DNA of 64,000 nucleotides, from contig NC_042998.1 of NCBI RefSeq assembly GCF_006345805.1, forward strand, positions 160,642,001-160,706,000, written 5' to 3'. A model generated the notes under the pieces. It worked only from the letters and a program-made list of their open reading frames with translations. It did no database searches and was not told where the DNA came from. Below are positions 13,206-26,004 of the stretch, piece by piece (position 1 is the first letter of the stretch; every line of letters begins with the position of its first letter). The position numbers were made by a program, and so were the translations under genes. The stretch comes from Octopus sinensis (taxonomy: Eukaryota).

Positions 13206-13809
13206 ATGCAAATAGACAAATAACTACATTCTATACTAATAAAGAGTGAAAAATAAAATAGAAACAATATTTGGAGACAGTAAATGAGAACACTTGAGCA
13301 AAATTAAAGATATATAAATATATATGTATGCAAGTATGTATGAATGTACATATGTAGGTATGTATGTACATATGTATGTATGTATATTACACGGTCTCAC
13401 TGTGGGTGAAACAACAATGTAAACAAATTCTTTCTATGCTAATGATGTGCAGAAAATAGAGGAAGGAACTCTCCTGATGGATTGGCTTATAGTTGGTTAG
13501 CCTTCCTTCCTCAATCAATAGCTGCTATATAAGCACATTTGTGGATAGCCTAATTGGCATAATGATGAATGAACAGACCTGCTGCTCTTGGCTATGTGTA
13601 CAACAACAAGTATGAATGAATGAGGCAGAGTGCAACAACAGCAGTGATGGATGAGATGGTGGTAACATATTGAGGACTCACTAGCCTTATAGGGTCAAGA
13701 AGTACATACCCGCATTGGTGATCGCTAGTTCCACACAACTACCTTATCTGATCAGCAAGACCCTAATTGGTATATTAATGCTTTTGACATCTAATTATTA
13801 GCCAAGCAA

Positions 13810-14090
13810 TATCTGTGTGTATGTGTGTGTACTGTATATTTCTGTCCCCTTGTCTTGAGAGCACATGGTGATAGTAAACAAGCCTTACAATCATGCAAGC
13901 TGTATTGGTTAGTTGTTTCCAGTCTTCAATGGAAACGTGTGCAACCATGGGGAAATATTCTCTTTCTTTAAAACAGGTGAGGGTTGGTAATAGGATGGGC
14001 ATCTGGTCATAGAAAATCTGGCATGAAAAATTCTGTCTGACCAAAGCAAGTATAGAAAAAGGGCAAAATGGACAAAATTATGATGATGAT
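13810..14090 (+). mobile_element. SINE 3' module B (RTE-like tail); related to 18400-18645
   Basis: AAACAGGTGAGGGTTGGTAATAGGATGGGCATCTGGTCATAGAAAATCT...ATGATGATGAT. Confidence 0.6.
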
Positions 14091-14119
14091 ATATATGTGT
14101 GCATGTGTGTGTGAGTGTA

Positions 14120-14203
<84 letters not shown>

Positions 14204-14840
14204 TGTGTGTGTGTGTGCATTCTTAGATAAACGAATATTATAAAGAAAAGTACTCAATATTTATTAAAAAAGGATGTACTCAAGAGTTTATTCATTAGAA
14301 GCTGATGATTCACTCAATGACTAGACAGAATTTTCTGATACTTGCAATTTTTCCAATGACAAGAACAAAAAAAAAAGAGAAAAGAAAGAAAAAAACGTCA
14401 ATCTTTCTTTTGTTGCCTCAAGAATTGCATGTAGTGAAAAACTGAGTAGTGATGATGTGATGATGTGACTCATCAGCTTCAAATTAACCCCACTACACAC
14501 ACACATATACAAACATATATATTTATATAAATATATGTATATATGCATACATATACATATATATATTATGTTTGTGCATGTGTGTGTGTATATATGTGCA
14601 TGTGTGTATGTGCATGTATGTATGCATGTATTGGATCTCATATTGCATCAGGTTGCAGTATTGCTGCTTGTGTTGATTGAGCCATTCTATCAACTCTGGT
14701 GTGTCTCCAGGATTCAATTTTGTTCTTCACTTTCTTCCTTCTATACAGTAATGACTTATTTACCACTACATCTAACAGCAACTATTCATACATAAATGTC
14801 AATACCCTTCATTCCTCCCTAACATTCCTCAACCATTCCT

Positions 14841-14967
14841 GGTATTGAGCAGAATATTTGCTGTAGCCTGTCTTTTATACCAAGACAAAACATGTACATG
14901 ATAACACTTCCAATCAGTTAAGATCAGAAGCTATGAGAGCCAGTGCCTGGTACTGCATCAGGGCATT
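14841..14967. mobile_element. Truncated copy of the microsatellite-flanked element ending ...GTACTGCATCAGGGCATT, followed by (TAC)n
   Basis: Near-identical to 15478-15604. Confidence 0.8.
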
Positions 14968-15041
<74 letters not shown>

Positions 15042-15045
15042 TTAT

Positions 15046-15604
15046 TGAATGAGAGAGCAATGCATGCCATTAAAGTGACACTGGGGTACAAATATACACA
15101 GCCCAATATACCCATCATGACTACCCATCTGATAAGGGTACACCAGGCACATGCATCACAATCATATGTGTACAACTTGGTGATCTCATATCAAGATAAA
15201 CAGTGCATGGATTTTGTGGGTGAGGCCCAGTTAGAATTTTCTCCAAGTCAAGTAGCCCATCCTACTCAAAATGTCGCTGAATAAGGGTTGTTTAAGGATG
15301 ATGAATGAAACATCCATGTTTCCAGAGGTGAATTATTCAAACCCTGAAGAATTTCTCTCAACACATAGCTATAATGCTCCCTCACTACTTCTGCTCATGA
15401 TCAGAGATGCACATATCGTCAGCCACCAAGGAACATGCTCAACTGGTTAAGGTCATGCAATTGATAAGCAAATCTGTGATATTGAGCAGAATATTTGCTG
15501 TAGCCCATCTTTTGTACTAAGACAAAACATGTACTTGATAACACTTCCAATCAGTTAAGACCAAAAGCCATGAGAGCCACTGCCTTGTACTACATTAGGG
15601 CATT
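15046..15604. mobile_element. ~560-bp non-coding repeat element flanked by trinucleotide arrays at both ends
   Basis: Bounded by (TAC)n/(ATT)n and (TCT)n(TAT)n; its terminal ~90-130 bp recurs at 14841 (same strand) and 17612 (opposite strand). Confidence 0.7.
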
Positions 15605-15654
15605 TCTTCTTCTTCTTCTTCTTCTTCTTATTATTATTATTATTTACTTTTAAG

Positions 15655-15818
15655 CTATTTGTTTGTTACGATCATTCACTGAGACACACCCAGCACCAGT
15701 AAGAATAAGAGCATCACAACAAACCGCAGCACAAACCCAAGGCACACAGAGCTGTGCTCGGTAGTGCAGCGAAAGAACGTGATAAAAATAAGACCACTGA
15801 ATAATAATAATAATAATA

Positions 15819-15857
<39 letters not shown>
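15655..15857 (+). mobile_element. Probable LINE 3' UTR remnant ending in (AAT)n
   Basis: AACCCAAGGCACACAGAGCTGTGCTCGGTAGTGCAGCG...ACTG directly followed by ~19 AAT repeats; family assignment inferred from context. Confidence 0.45.
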
Positions 15858-16770
15858 GCAAAATGGATCAAGCAAACTGCAAAAAAGAATGGGCAGAAAC
15901 AAATTGAAGAGCAGTGGAGCCAGAAGCCTCTGGACTGAAAGTAGAGACTGAAGGTTTCCTATTGGCCACTCAAGATGAAAGTTTGCTTACCAAAAACTAC
16001 CAGGCTAACATTCTTTAAAACAGTTCTGACCCTACATGCAGATTCTGCAACATTTGATGAAACAATTGACAATCTTGTCTCAGGATGTCCTGTACTGATG
16101 ACAAACAAATACAAAAGTCACCACAATAGGGTAGAACAGTATTTACATCAGGAAATATTTAAACACTACAAAATCAGCACTCCTGCTTACTGGTATGAAC
16201 ATCATCCTGAGCCAGTCATTGAAGTTAAAAATGTTACTATCCTTTGGGATTTTCCAGTCAACACTGATAGAACGATCCAGATTAATCGACCAGATATAAT
16301 TATTAAAGACAGGGAAGAAAATACTTGTAGACTAATAGATGTAAGTGTTCCCACTGATAAAAATATATCTGTAAAAGAATTTGATAAATTAAGTAAATAT
16401 AAGGACCTAGAAATTGAAATACAAAGCATGTGACAACTTAAAGTGAGAACTGTTCCTGTTATTGTGGGTATGATAAGAAAGGGATGTGAGAAACATCTAG
16501 ATAGTATCCCAGGAGAACAATGTCCAAAGAAATCCAAAAGAGTGTGCTAAGTACTACCTACATCTTTAGAAAAACCCTATCAATTTAAATGTCTGTGTTA
16601 TATTACATGAAGATATTTCACTACTGCTCCTGCCACTGGCCCTCCCCAAGCTTTCAGTACTAATATAGCATCTCTTATCCTTCACACGCCCTAGGACACT
16701 GGGTGTGTCTTGGTGAGTGATTGTAACAGATATCCAGATTAAAAGTAAATAATAATAATAATAATATAAT
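15858..16770 (+). mobile_element. R4/Dong-like non-LTR retrotransposon 3' fragment 1 (zinc knuckle + restriction-like endonuclease), frameshifted
   Basis: ETEGFLLATQD, CRFC...ETIDNLVSGC (CCHC-like), ILWDFPVNTD...NRPDIIIKD...IDVSVP...KYKDLEIEI (PD..D RLE); UTR ends in (AAT)n. Confidence 0.9.
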
Positions 16771-16771
16771 A

Positions 16772-17481
16772 GACAACACTACCAACAGTGACAAATGCAG
16801 AATGTGTGGTAAGAAGGGTGAAATGGTATGGCACATCATTAGCGAATGCCTGAAATTGGTACAACATTAATACAAAAGACAACATGAGAATGTGGCAAGA
16901 ATGATCCATTGGGAGCTCTGTGGAAATCACAGCCTACAAAGAGCAAAAATGCAGTATGAGCAAACCCCAGAAGGAGTCACCAAGAATGAAAATTGCAAAA
17001 TCCTGTGGAATGCACTGATTCTGTGGAATCACCTGACCAGTCGTCAGAAACTGGATATTGCTGTGGTAAATAAAAAAGAAAGAACATGCATGATAATTGA
17101 CATAGCATGTCCCAGTGACAACAGGATGAAAGAGAAAGAAGAAAAAATAACCAACTGTAACGATTTGAAGTGGGAAATATAAAGGTAGTAGTCAATGAGG
17201 AGAGTAGACATGATACCAATAGTGATTGGTATCAGTACTCAACTACCAACATGGCTCAAAAAGATTAGTACAAATGTAAAGATAGAACACCAACAAAAAT
17301 CAGCATTGCTTGGAACTGCAAGAATTCTTCGCAGGGTTCTTGAAGCATGACCAGTAAACAAATGTCACCTTAGTCTGCTGGCTGTGAACAGCTGACACTT
17401 TCCATCATACCCAGTAAAATAAGCTGAGAGTTTTCATCAAATAATAATAATAACAATAACAACAATAATAATAATAATAAT

Positions 17482-17579
<98 letters not shown>

Positions 17580-17610
17580 TAATAATAATAATTATAATAA
17601 TTATAATAAA
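16772..17610 (+). mobile_element. R4/Dong/Rex6-like 3' fragment 2 (different subfamily) with long (AAT)n tail 17441-17610
   Basis: DKCRMC...WHIISEC, IHWELC, KILW, KLDIAVVNKKERTCMIIDIACPSD, KSALLGTARILRRVL. Confidence 0.9.
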
Positions 17611-17611
17611 T

Positions 17612-18289
17612 AATGTCCTGATGCAGTATCAGGCAGAGGCTCTTGTGACTTTTGATCTTAACTGTTGGAAGTGCTATCATGTACTTTGTTTGGCAAAGAA
17701 TCCCACATTTTTGGCTATGGAGATTCCGTAACATATAATTGCCAACCAAGTGTGGTGTCCTATTCGAGACAGTGCTATTGAGGTTTATAACCCCAGGAAG
17801 ACATCTCTTCCGGCTGGCTAATGACACACATCCTGTGTCTGATTAGTATTTGCAAAGAGAGGTTATTGCTCCCATTCCTAGCCTTATGTGATAGACATGG
17901 ACTCAAGTTTCTGGGTGGTTACTTGTCCTCAGTGTGTTAATCACGAGCTAGTGATGAAAGCTCACTCCACTCACAAAATACTACATGCTTTTCCGAGCGA
18001 CAGACCATCACTGATCTTGTAAAAGGAGAAATAAGCTATATTAAATCTCTGAGTGAGATGTAAAAAGCAGCAATACGGAATCTAACATATAATTGCCAAC
18101 CAAGTGTGGTGTCCTATTCAGAACAGTGCTACTGACGTTTATAGCCCCAAGAAGACATCTCTTCCAGCTGGCTAATCCTGTGTCCGCTTAGTATTTGTGA
18201 GAGGAGGTCATCACTCCCATCCCTAGCCTTATGTGAAACACAGACTTGAATTTCTAGGTGGTTACCCATCCTCAGTGTGTGTTAATCAC
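17612..18289 (-). mobile_element. SINE-like element with tandem ~354-bp spacing (17729-17945 and 18083-18289) and 5S-rRNA-like motifs
   Basis: Two ~210-bp diverged direct repeats; terminus shared with 15478-15604; minus-strand GGATGGGTAACCACCTAGAAA resembles the 5S box C region. Confidence 0.5.
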
Positions 18290-18645
18290 CTAGGGCAAGT
18301 GTTTTCTCCCTTAACTATGGGCTGACTGAGGCCTTGTTGGTGGATTTAGTGGATAGAGCCTGAAGGAAGCCTGTTGTATGTTTATATGTGTGAGAGTTTG
18401 TGTCTCCTTACTTTGATGTCAGCTAATATTTACAATAATTGAAATGATTATCAGTCATATGAACTGTATCATTCATTTCCAATATACTGCAAGAACATGT
18501 CTTGTCATAGGGAACTATTATCTTGCTTGGAAACAGGTGGGAGTTGGTGACAGAAAGAGCATTTTGGACATAGAAAATCTTCCTCAATAAATTTCATCTG
18601 ACCCATGCAAGCATGGGAAAGTGGATGTGAAAATGATGATGATTT
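18290..18645 (+). mobile_element. 5'-truncated SINE family 1 body joined to 3' module B
   Basis: GGGCAAGTG...GGATTTAGTGGATAGAGCCTGAAGGAAGCC then ...GACCCATGCAAGCATGGGAAAGTGGATGTGAAAATGATGATGAT. Confidence 0.65.
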
Positions 18646-18694
18646 TGCTGATATATATATATGTGTGTGTGTGTGTGTACATGATGAGTGCATA

Positions 18695-18930
18695 CTTATC
18701 TTTTACTTGTTTCAGTCATTAGATGGTAGGCATGCTGGGGCACCGACTTGAAGAATTTTAGATCAATGAATTGACCCCAGTATTCTTTTTAAGCCTGGCA
18801 CTTATCCCATCAATCTCTTTTGCTGATCCACAAAATTATGGAGATTTAAACACATCAACACTGGTTGTCCTATGGTGGTGGAGGGGAGAAACACATGCAC
18901 AAAAACACACACACAAATATATATGTGTGG
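18695..18930 (-). mobile_element. SINE family 1, 3' half
   Basis: TTTTACTTGTTTCAGTCATT...CATGCTGGGGCACC...ACACCAACACTGGTTGTC pattern. Confidence 0.75.
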
Positions 18931-19243
18931 TTAAGCTTTTGAACAAAGAGTTTTGTTGGTCTGTCACTCAACTGTGCCCCACACATAATAATCAAGAGGA
19001 TTTTCAGAAAGAGAAATTGACTGGCTAATTCATACATTTCAAGTCGAATCTGTGAGTGGAACAGTAAAAATAGGCAAGACTTTTCTCAAGTTGCAAATGT
19101 GAATTTGTCTGTGTTAACTATATCCCAAAGATGGAGCCTTGCATCTTTGTTGGAAACTGGCTCCCTCGTCAGTGGATGATTTAGAATAATTAAATAATTG
19201 AAGATACATACATACATATATACATACATAATACATACATACA

Positions 19244-19314
<71 letters not shown>

Positions 19315-21063
19315 TATATATATGTATACATAGAGAGTGAGAGAGAGAGAGAAAGATAGATAGATACTGAAACATAAATATATATATATACATGCACACA
19401 CACACATACCACAGACAGAGAGAAAGAAATGGGGAGAAAAGTGGGAGAGAGGGGGAGAGAGATATAGAGAGAAATTTGTTAATAATGCTTGAGAGCCTAT
19501 TTTCAATTCTCTGAAACTAAGATTGAAAAATTGAATCTCTATGCCCAGTAAATGATACATGCTAACCAATGTACTAATAATTTTACTTTACTTTCCCATT
19601 GTATCTAATTTACCATTGTCTTTACTGCATTTGAGTATTCCTTTAAACTGCCTTTCAATAATTATCTTACTTTCCTTCACAAATACTTTCATGTAAAGAA
19701 CAAGTACAGTGCTACTTCTAAGCATGTAGCATAAACCTATGCAATCAAATACAAGCTGGTTATGGTTTGTGTCTCAGTGTCAGTTGATTTTAATCATTCT
19801 CTATTGTAAAATGGGAGCTTTGGACACTGTATTCAACTGCCAACTCTTATTTGTCAAATGGTCCTTTTGAAGCTTATGCAAACCTGTAATGACAAATCCC
19901 ATGTGTTGGCTGAAGCGGAAAAATCCAAACATTGATACATAGATCTATACAACAAATGTTTGCATGATGACATTTCTGGAATCCTGAAATGTTTCTGGTA
20001 ACTGTCAAGTAATGTATGAGTGAAGAGATGGTGATTCTGTTGCTATCATTAGTGTTGTGGTGACTTGTGGCAGTTGATGGTGTGGTGAGGTTGGTTGTTT
20101 CTGCAGCAATTGTGGAGATGCCGGTGCCACTAATGGCTTCTGAAGGGTTTATACTGGTCATAAAAGATGGAACAACTGCTAATATACTGTTCATAATTTC
20201 CAATGAAATCAATATACATACATCTATTTACCACCCTAAGCTGCTGCTGGAGACTGCAGTGCAGTAGTAAAAGGTTACTCTGCTTTAGAGTAACTATAAA
20301 CTATTGTTTGGAATTTGGATATTGATAAATGTTACTTATAAATTCGTGTATTCAATAAAGAATTGCAAGACAACTGAATGTTCAAACCACTTAGATGCTG
20401 AACCAACAAAGCTAACTTTACAAGAGTGTTTTCATATGATCATTGTAACTTTTATTCAGATAATATTCTATTTAACTTTTACCTGATTTTTTTATCCTTT
20501 TTGTAGATATATACTTTATTTTTCATGAATTCTGCCTGAAAATCAGGTACTAACCACATTAAAATTCACCAGCCTTTTTGAACAAGATATTCAGCCTTAA
20601 AATGGCTGCTCTAAATACACCTGGTTGTGTTCATATTTGCTGGTTAGTTTGAAATATTTCAGACCAGAATGTAAAATTTCAGAAAAATTACTGCATGAGA
20701 AAATTTAAACTTCAGGTTCTTCCTGAAATTGAACTTGAAATTGCTTTGTTTCTAAAATCTGAAACTTCCCAGAACATGATATATTTATTTTACATCTTTA
20801 GTCCCAAAATAAATATTTTGGGAAATTTTTCACAAACTAAAGAAGGAAAGAAGACACTGAATAATAATCTGAAGTTAAATATAGAAGATTGTTCATTTAT
20901 AACTGTTATATAATATAATATAAATACAGGCATCCCTCAACTTACGTCATTTTCAGTTACATCTTTTTTGACTTTGTCATTTTTTTAAAGAGGTTAATGG
21001 AAAAAACATAACCCTCAACTTCAGTTAATTTCTTCAACATTACTTTGGTCTGAGGAAACATAT

Positions 21064-21277
21064 TTAACCCTTTACTATTCAGAAAATGCTTATTTATTTA
21101 AATTGGCTTGAATTAATCATGCATTATCTCACTGCTTCTAGGTTTTCAATGATGTGATTGTTCATTTTTAGAATGACATTGTATGGTAGGTGTGAGAAGC
21201 TGAATTTGGTCAGTGTGAACATAAAACATGTAGAATATTTGAGCTTGGTATGACCTGTTTAAATGTGAAAGGGTATA
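21064..21277. mobile_element. ~220-bp TTAA-CCC...GGG MITE (piggyBac-like termini)
   Basis: TTAACCCTTTA...TGAATTAATCATGCATTATCT...AAAGGG; four copies in the window. Confidence 0.75.
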
Positions 21278-21599
21278 AAGCATAAAAATAAAAAACAAAC
21301 GCTTAAAATCAATACTGCAGTGGAAAGTTAAATAAAATACATGTGAAAATATATATAAACTATTTAGTAAAACAGATATGAGTTAATAGATTTTTAGAAA
21401 TATTTTTTTGTGTTATGCCATTTTTTAAGTTGCATGTCTTGGACCCAATGGCCAACATAAGCCAAGATTTACCTGCATTCTAAAGTTTTAGGAAGTAAAA
21501 GAAAACCAAAATCAATGGTGTTTGGGACAAATTTTTTTTAGCTTGTCAGTCAAGTTTTCCACGAAAATATAGTAAATAAAGTATGTTTCTCATAAATGA

Positions 21600-21990
21600 A
21601 TACATTAACCCCTGAGCTCAATTGATACTAATTTTATCAACTCAGAAAGGATGGAAGGCAAAGTCAACCTCAGCAGAATTTGAACTCAGAACGTAAAGAC
21701 AGTCGAAATGCTGCTAAGAATTTTGCCTGGCATGCTAAGGATTCCACCAGCTTGCTGCCTTATCTGTCCCAGATATTGGTTTCAAATTTCGGCACAAGGC
21801 CAGCACTTTTGGGGGAGGTTGGTAGTTGATTACATCGATCCCAGTGCTCAACTGGTATATATTTTATTGAGGCTGAAAGGATTAAAGGCAAAGTTGACTG
21901 TGACAGTATTTGAACTCAGAACATGAAGATGAATGAAATGCTACTAAATATTTTACCCAGCATACTAACAATTCTGCCAGCTTACAACCT
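21600..21990 (-). mobile_element. Two adjacent SINE family 2 copies
   Basis: GAATTTGAACTCAGAAC...GAAATGCT(G/A)CTAA motif occurs twice (21677, 21908). Confidence 0.8.
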
Positions 21991-22354
21991 TCATCTGTCC
22001 AATATACTAATACATAAATATAAACACTATGTAAATTAATTTTTATACATCTACCTCTTTATCACATTCACAATCTATCACTCATTTACTCACTCAGTTC
22101 ATTTAAGAACTAATATTGGCAAGATTTTATCCCTCTGATAATAAGCCAGCAATTAAATCTACCTAAATTTCAAAATAATAAATATTCAAAGACTGGAAAT
22201 AATTGTAAGGTTATTTAAAATATTTAATAATTGCTCTGGAAATTCATCAAAAGACACAAATGATTACAAGATGAATAATATGTATCACAAATTATATAGA
22301 AGTAAAAAAGTGAGGAAAAAAATTGAAATATATTTGTAAGTATGATATTAAGAA

Positions 22355-22560
22355 TGACTGAGTGGTAAGAAGTCGGTTTCCCAACCACATAGCTTTTGGT
22401 TCAGTTCCACTGTGAGCACACTAAGTATCTTCTACTCTAGCTCCAGACTGACCAAAGCCTTGTGAATGGATTTCGAAGACAAACTGAAAGAAGCATGATG
22501 CATGTGTTGTGTGTGTGTATGTGTGTATGTGTGTATATATATACACACACACATGTATAT

Positions 22561-22646
<86 letters not shown>

Positions 22647-22870
22647 TGTGTTATATGTTTATATCTATGCATGTATGTGTCTTTGTGTTTGTGTCTGTTC
22701 CCCCACTGCTTGACAACTGGTGTCAGTTTGTTTACATCCCCATAGTTTAGTCATTCAGCAAAAGAGACTGATAAAATAAGTACCTGACTTAAGAAAATAT
22801 GTCCTTGGGTAGATTTGCTTGACTAAAACCCTTCAAGGTAGTGCTCCAGCATGGTCACAACCAAATATAA
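22355..22870 (+). mobile_element. SINE family 1 with expanded internal TA/TATG microsatellite
   Basis: GTGGTAAGAAG head, AAAGCCTTGTGAATGGATTT, CTTGACAACTGGTG, GTGCTCCAGCATGG. Confidence 0.85.
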
Positions 22871-23159
22871 AATAAAAGGTAAAAAATATATATTATTATT
22901 CCAGATATTTCACTCACTTCAACAGTCATTGTCTTTATGTGTAAATGTTTAAAGATTTTTTTAATGTCACTTCACAAAGTAGGCAAAAACAAATATGAAG
23001 ACAGAAACCAAAGTACAACAGGCAAAGAAAGGTTCAGCATATTTATATAGCTATGTGGTGGGGAAGTTCACTTCTCAAACTACATGGTTTCAGGTTCAGT
23101 CCCACTGCATGGCACCTTGGGCAAGTGTTTTCTACTATAATAATCAATACCTTATCTTT

Positions 23160-23560
23160 TATCATTTACCTGTTTCAGTCATTAGACTCTGATTATACTG
23201 GGGCACTACCGTGAAGTATTTTCAGTTGAATGAATTCACCCAGTATTTAGTTTTTGTTAAGCCCGGTACTTATTTTATCAGTCTCTTTTGCCACACCCCT
23301 AAGTTACAAGGATGCAAACACACCAACACCAGTTGTCAAACAGTGGTGGGAGACAAACACAGACACAAAGGCACACACATGTGTATATATATATATATAT
23401 ATATATACACGATGGACTTCTTTCAGTTTCCATCACTCACATGGCTTTAGTTGGCCCGAGGCTACAGTAGAAGACACTTGCACAAATTCCATGCAGTGGG
23501 ACTGAACCTAAGAACCCTGTGGTTGGGAAGCAAACTTCATACCACACAGCCATGACTACT
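23160..23560 (-). mobile_element. SINE family 1 (preceded by a + strand 5' fragment at ~23045-23140)
   Basis: Reverse-complement motifs as for family 1. Confidence 0.8.
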
Positions 23561-24912
23561 ACCTTATGGGTAAATGTGCTGGAATAAAAAGGCATGGAAA
23601 TCCATTGCATATGTGTGTATATTTATATCTATCTGTCTATCTATTCTTGCCTTCACTTCTTACATCCTCCCATGACATTTTCCCTGTTGTCAGATAGGAT
23701 AAGGAATCATCTTTAAGTGTCACAGAATTTTTTCTTAAGTGCACCTCCTTAGCAATGACCCCACACAGGCCTGGAGTACAGGATCAATTTGGTTAATCTT
23801 GTTTTTGACATCATTTTTATGAGACCCAATTAATCAAGGTGATGAAAAATATTTTTATCAGGTGTATTTTAAGGTGTATTTTAAGAGAAAAATGTTATTT
23901 AATAATTAGGGATAGAATTTATCTGGTAGCAGATTATTAGGAAATTTAGGATCTCAGTGTCCATATTTATGCCAAAAAATACAATACCATCTGTAATAAA
24001 TGCTGGGATTAAAATGCATCCTGATCACAGTGTTATATAGAGTATTTCAATGAAAAATATTATCCACTAAATGATTTTATGATGAACGTCTACAAAATAT
24101 TTTTATAGATATCTCACAGATATTATTTTGCTTTCTGCTAATAAATGATCTAGAAAATTCTCATAAGAATTATCATAAAGATATATAAATCTGATATGAT
24201 TTATAGGCAGATCAGAAAAAGTTGGTATAGATGGGGACAAATATAAAATTGTTAGGTGTTGTATTTCTTGGAAGAAATACTGCAGTGAATTTTGCTCTGC
24301 GTCCTTTACACACATAGCTGCCACACATGTGTAAATATTTATTGAATGTTTTAAACCTCTTACAATCTCTATCATATGCAACAATACTAAGCCTGAAAAT
24401 GTGAATTTTCAATAGAAGCAATACTCCATATCTTCATAGTATTTTTTAGAAATATTTTCTGATAAATACTTAATCCTTTCATGTTTTTCCTAAATATAAT
24501 TTATTTTTTCAGTTTCACAAATGGAAATACAGTATGTAAAAAGCATTTGCAGATGAACCTCTGTTATGTTTAATCGGTCATATTTCTGACAATGTATTTT
24601 GATGTTATTATTGGTATCTTTTATTTAATCATAACATAATTTTAAAAAAAGAATTAAATGTGGCATAAATTCAGATGAATTTTGAACTCGAAACTTTGGA
24701 GTTTTATGGTGACATTAAAACTGTGCGTCTATCCTATATTTAAAAGAGAGAAAAAAATTTTGCTTTCCTGTCTGCATTTATAGGAGTGCTGTACATAGAA
24801 AGCAGTTTCTGTGATGCTTAAAGCAAAAATACTTAATGGTTAGAAGTAATATAGTGATACAGGACTTTCTCAATAAAGGAAATTATTCACTTTGCATACA
24901 GTAAGGGCAGAA

Positions 24913-25126
24913 ATGGCTATGTTGTTAAGAAGCTTGCTTTGCAACCATGTTGTTTTCAGTTCACTACCACTATGTGGTACCTAAGGTATCTTCTACAATA
25001 GCCCTGAGCCAACCAATACCCTGTGAGTGAATTTGTTAGATGGAAACTGTGTGGAAGCCATCATACATAGACACATACATATATACGACACATAGACACA
25101 TATATATATACAACACATGTACACAT

Positions 25127-25160
<34 letters not shown>

Positions 25161-25710
25161 GCACACGGTTGGGGGAAGCAAGTGTGTGTCTTTGTGCTTT
25201 TCAATGCCTGAAACACAGACTAGTGCATGAAACAAGTAAAAGATACAAGATAGTTGTTTTTATTCCGTAAACTTGGTTTAATTTGAATCAGTCTATGACA
25301 ACCTAGTGGCTGATCAATTAAGCTACTTGACTGGTAGCTGGAGCACCACCTTGAAGTGTTTTTGTTGAACAATTCGATCCTAGGGTTTATTTTTAAGGCT
25401 AGTACATATTCTATTGGTCTCTTTGTTGAACCGCTAAGTTATGAGAACGTAAACGCACCAACACTGGTTGTCAAGCAATTATGGGGGGACAAACACAGGC
25501 ACAAAGACACACACACATAGATATATACATACACACACGCACACACATATATGACAGGCTTCTTTCAGTTTTCATCTACCAAATCCACTCACAAGGTTTT
25601 GGTTGGCCCAAGGCTATAGTTGAAGACACTTGCTGAAGGAACCATACCGTGGGACTGGACCTGGAACCATGTGGTTGGGAAGCAAGCTTCTTACCACACA
25701 GCCATGCCTT
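24913..25710. mobile_element. Two SINE family 1 copies in opposite orientations (24913-25245 +, ~25310-25710 -)
   Basis: Head and body motifs on opposite strands. Confidence 0.8.
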
Positions 25711-26004
25711 TGCTGATTTATTCTAGAATTTAGAAATTTAAATGCTGTCCTCTCTATTTAAGGATGGCAGGGAATTTTACCAATCTGAGTGACAACATGA
25801 TAGCACCATCGATGCATATAATATGATAAGTTGATGATAAAGTGTATAGGTGCTTTTATTATATTATGGTAATACCTCAGCCAAGAAATGGTTAGAAACT
25901 TTCGAGTGATTTCAAGAGAAACTAGCTGTGTAAAGTTTCTCTTGAGCACAGACAATGACCAGGAGTAATTTTTTAAAACTCATTATACACTGGTTAATAT
26001 TCAA

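Noticed and set aside
20926-20960. Tigger/pogo-like TIR (TACAGGCATCCCTCAACTTACG)
   Set aside because: No matching second terminus found
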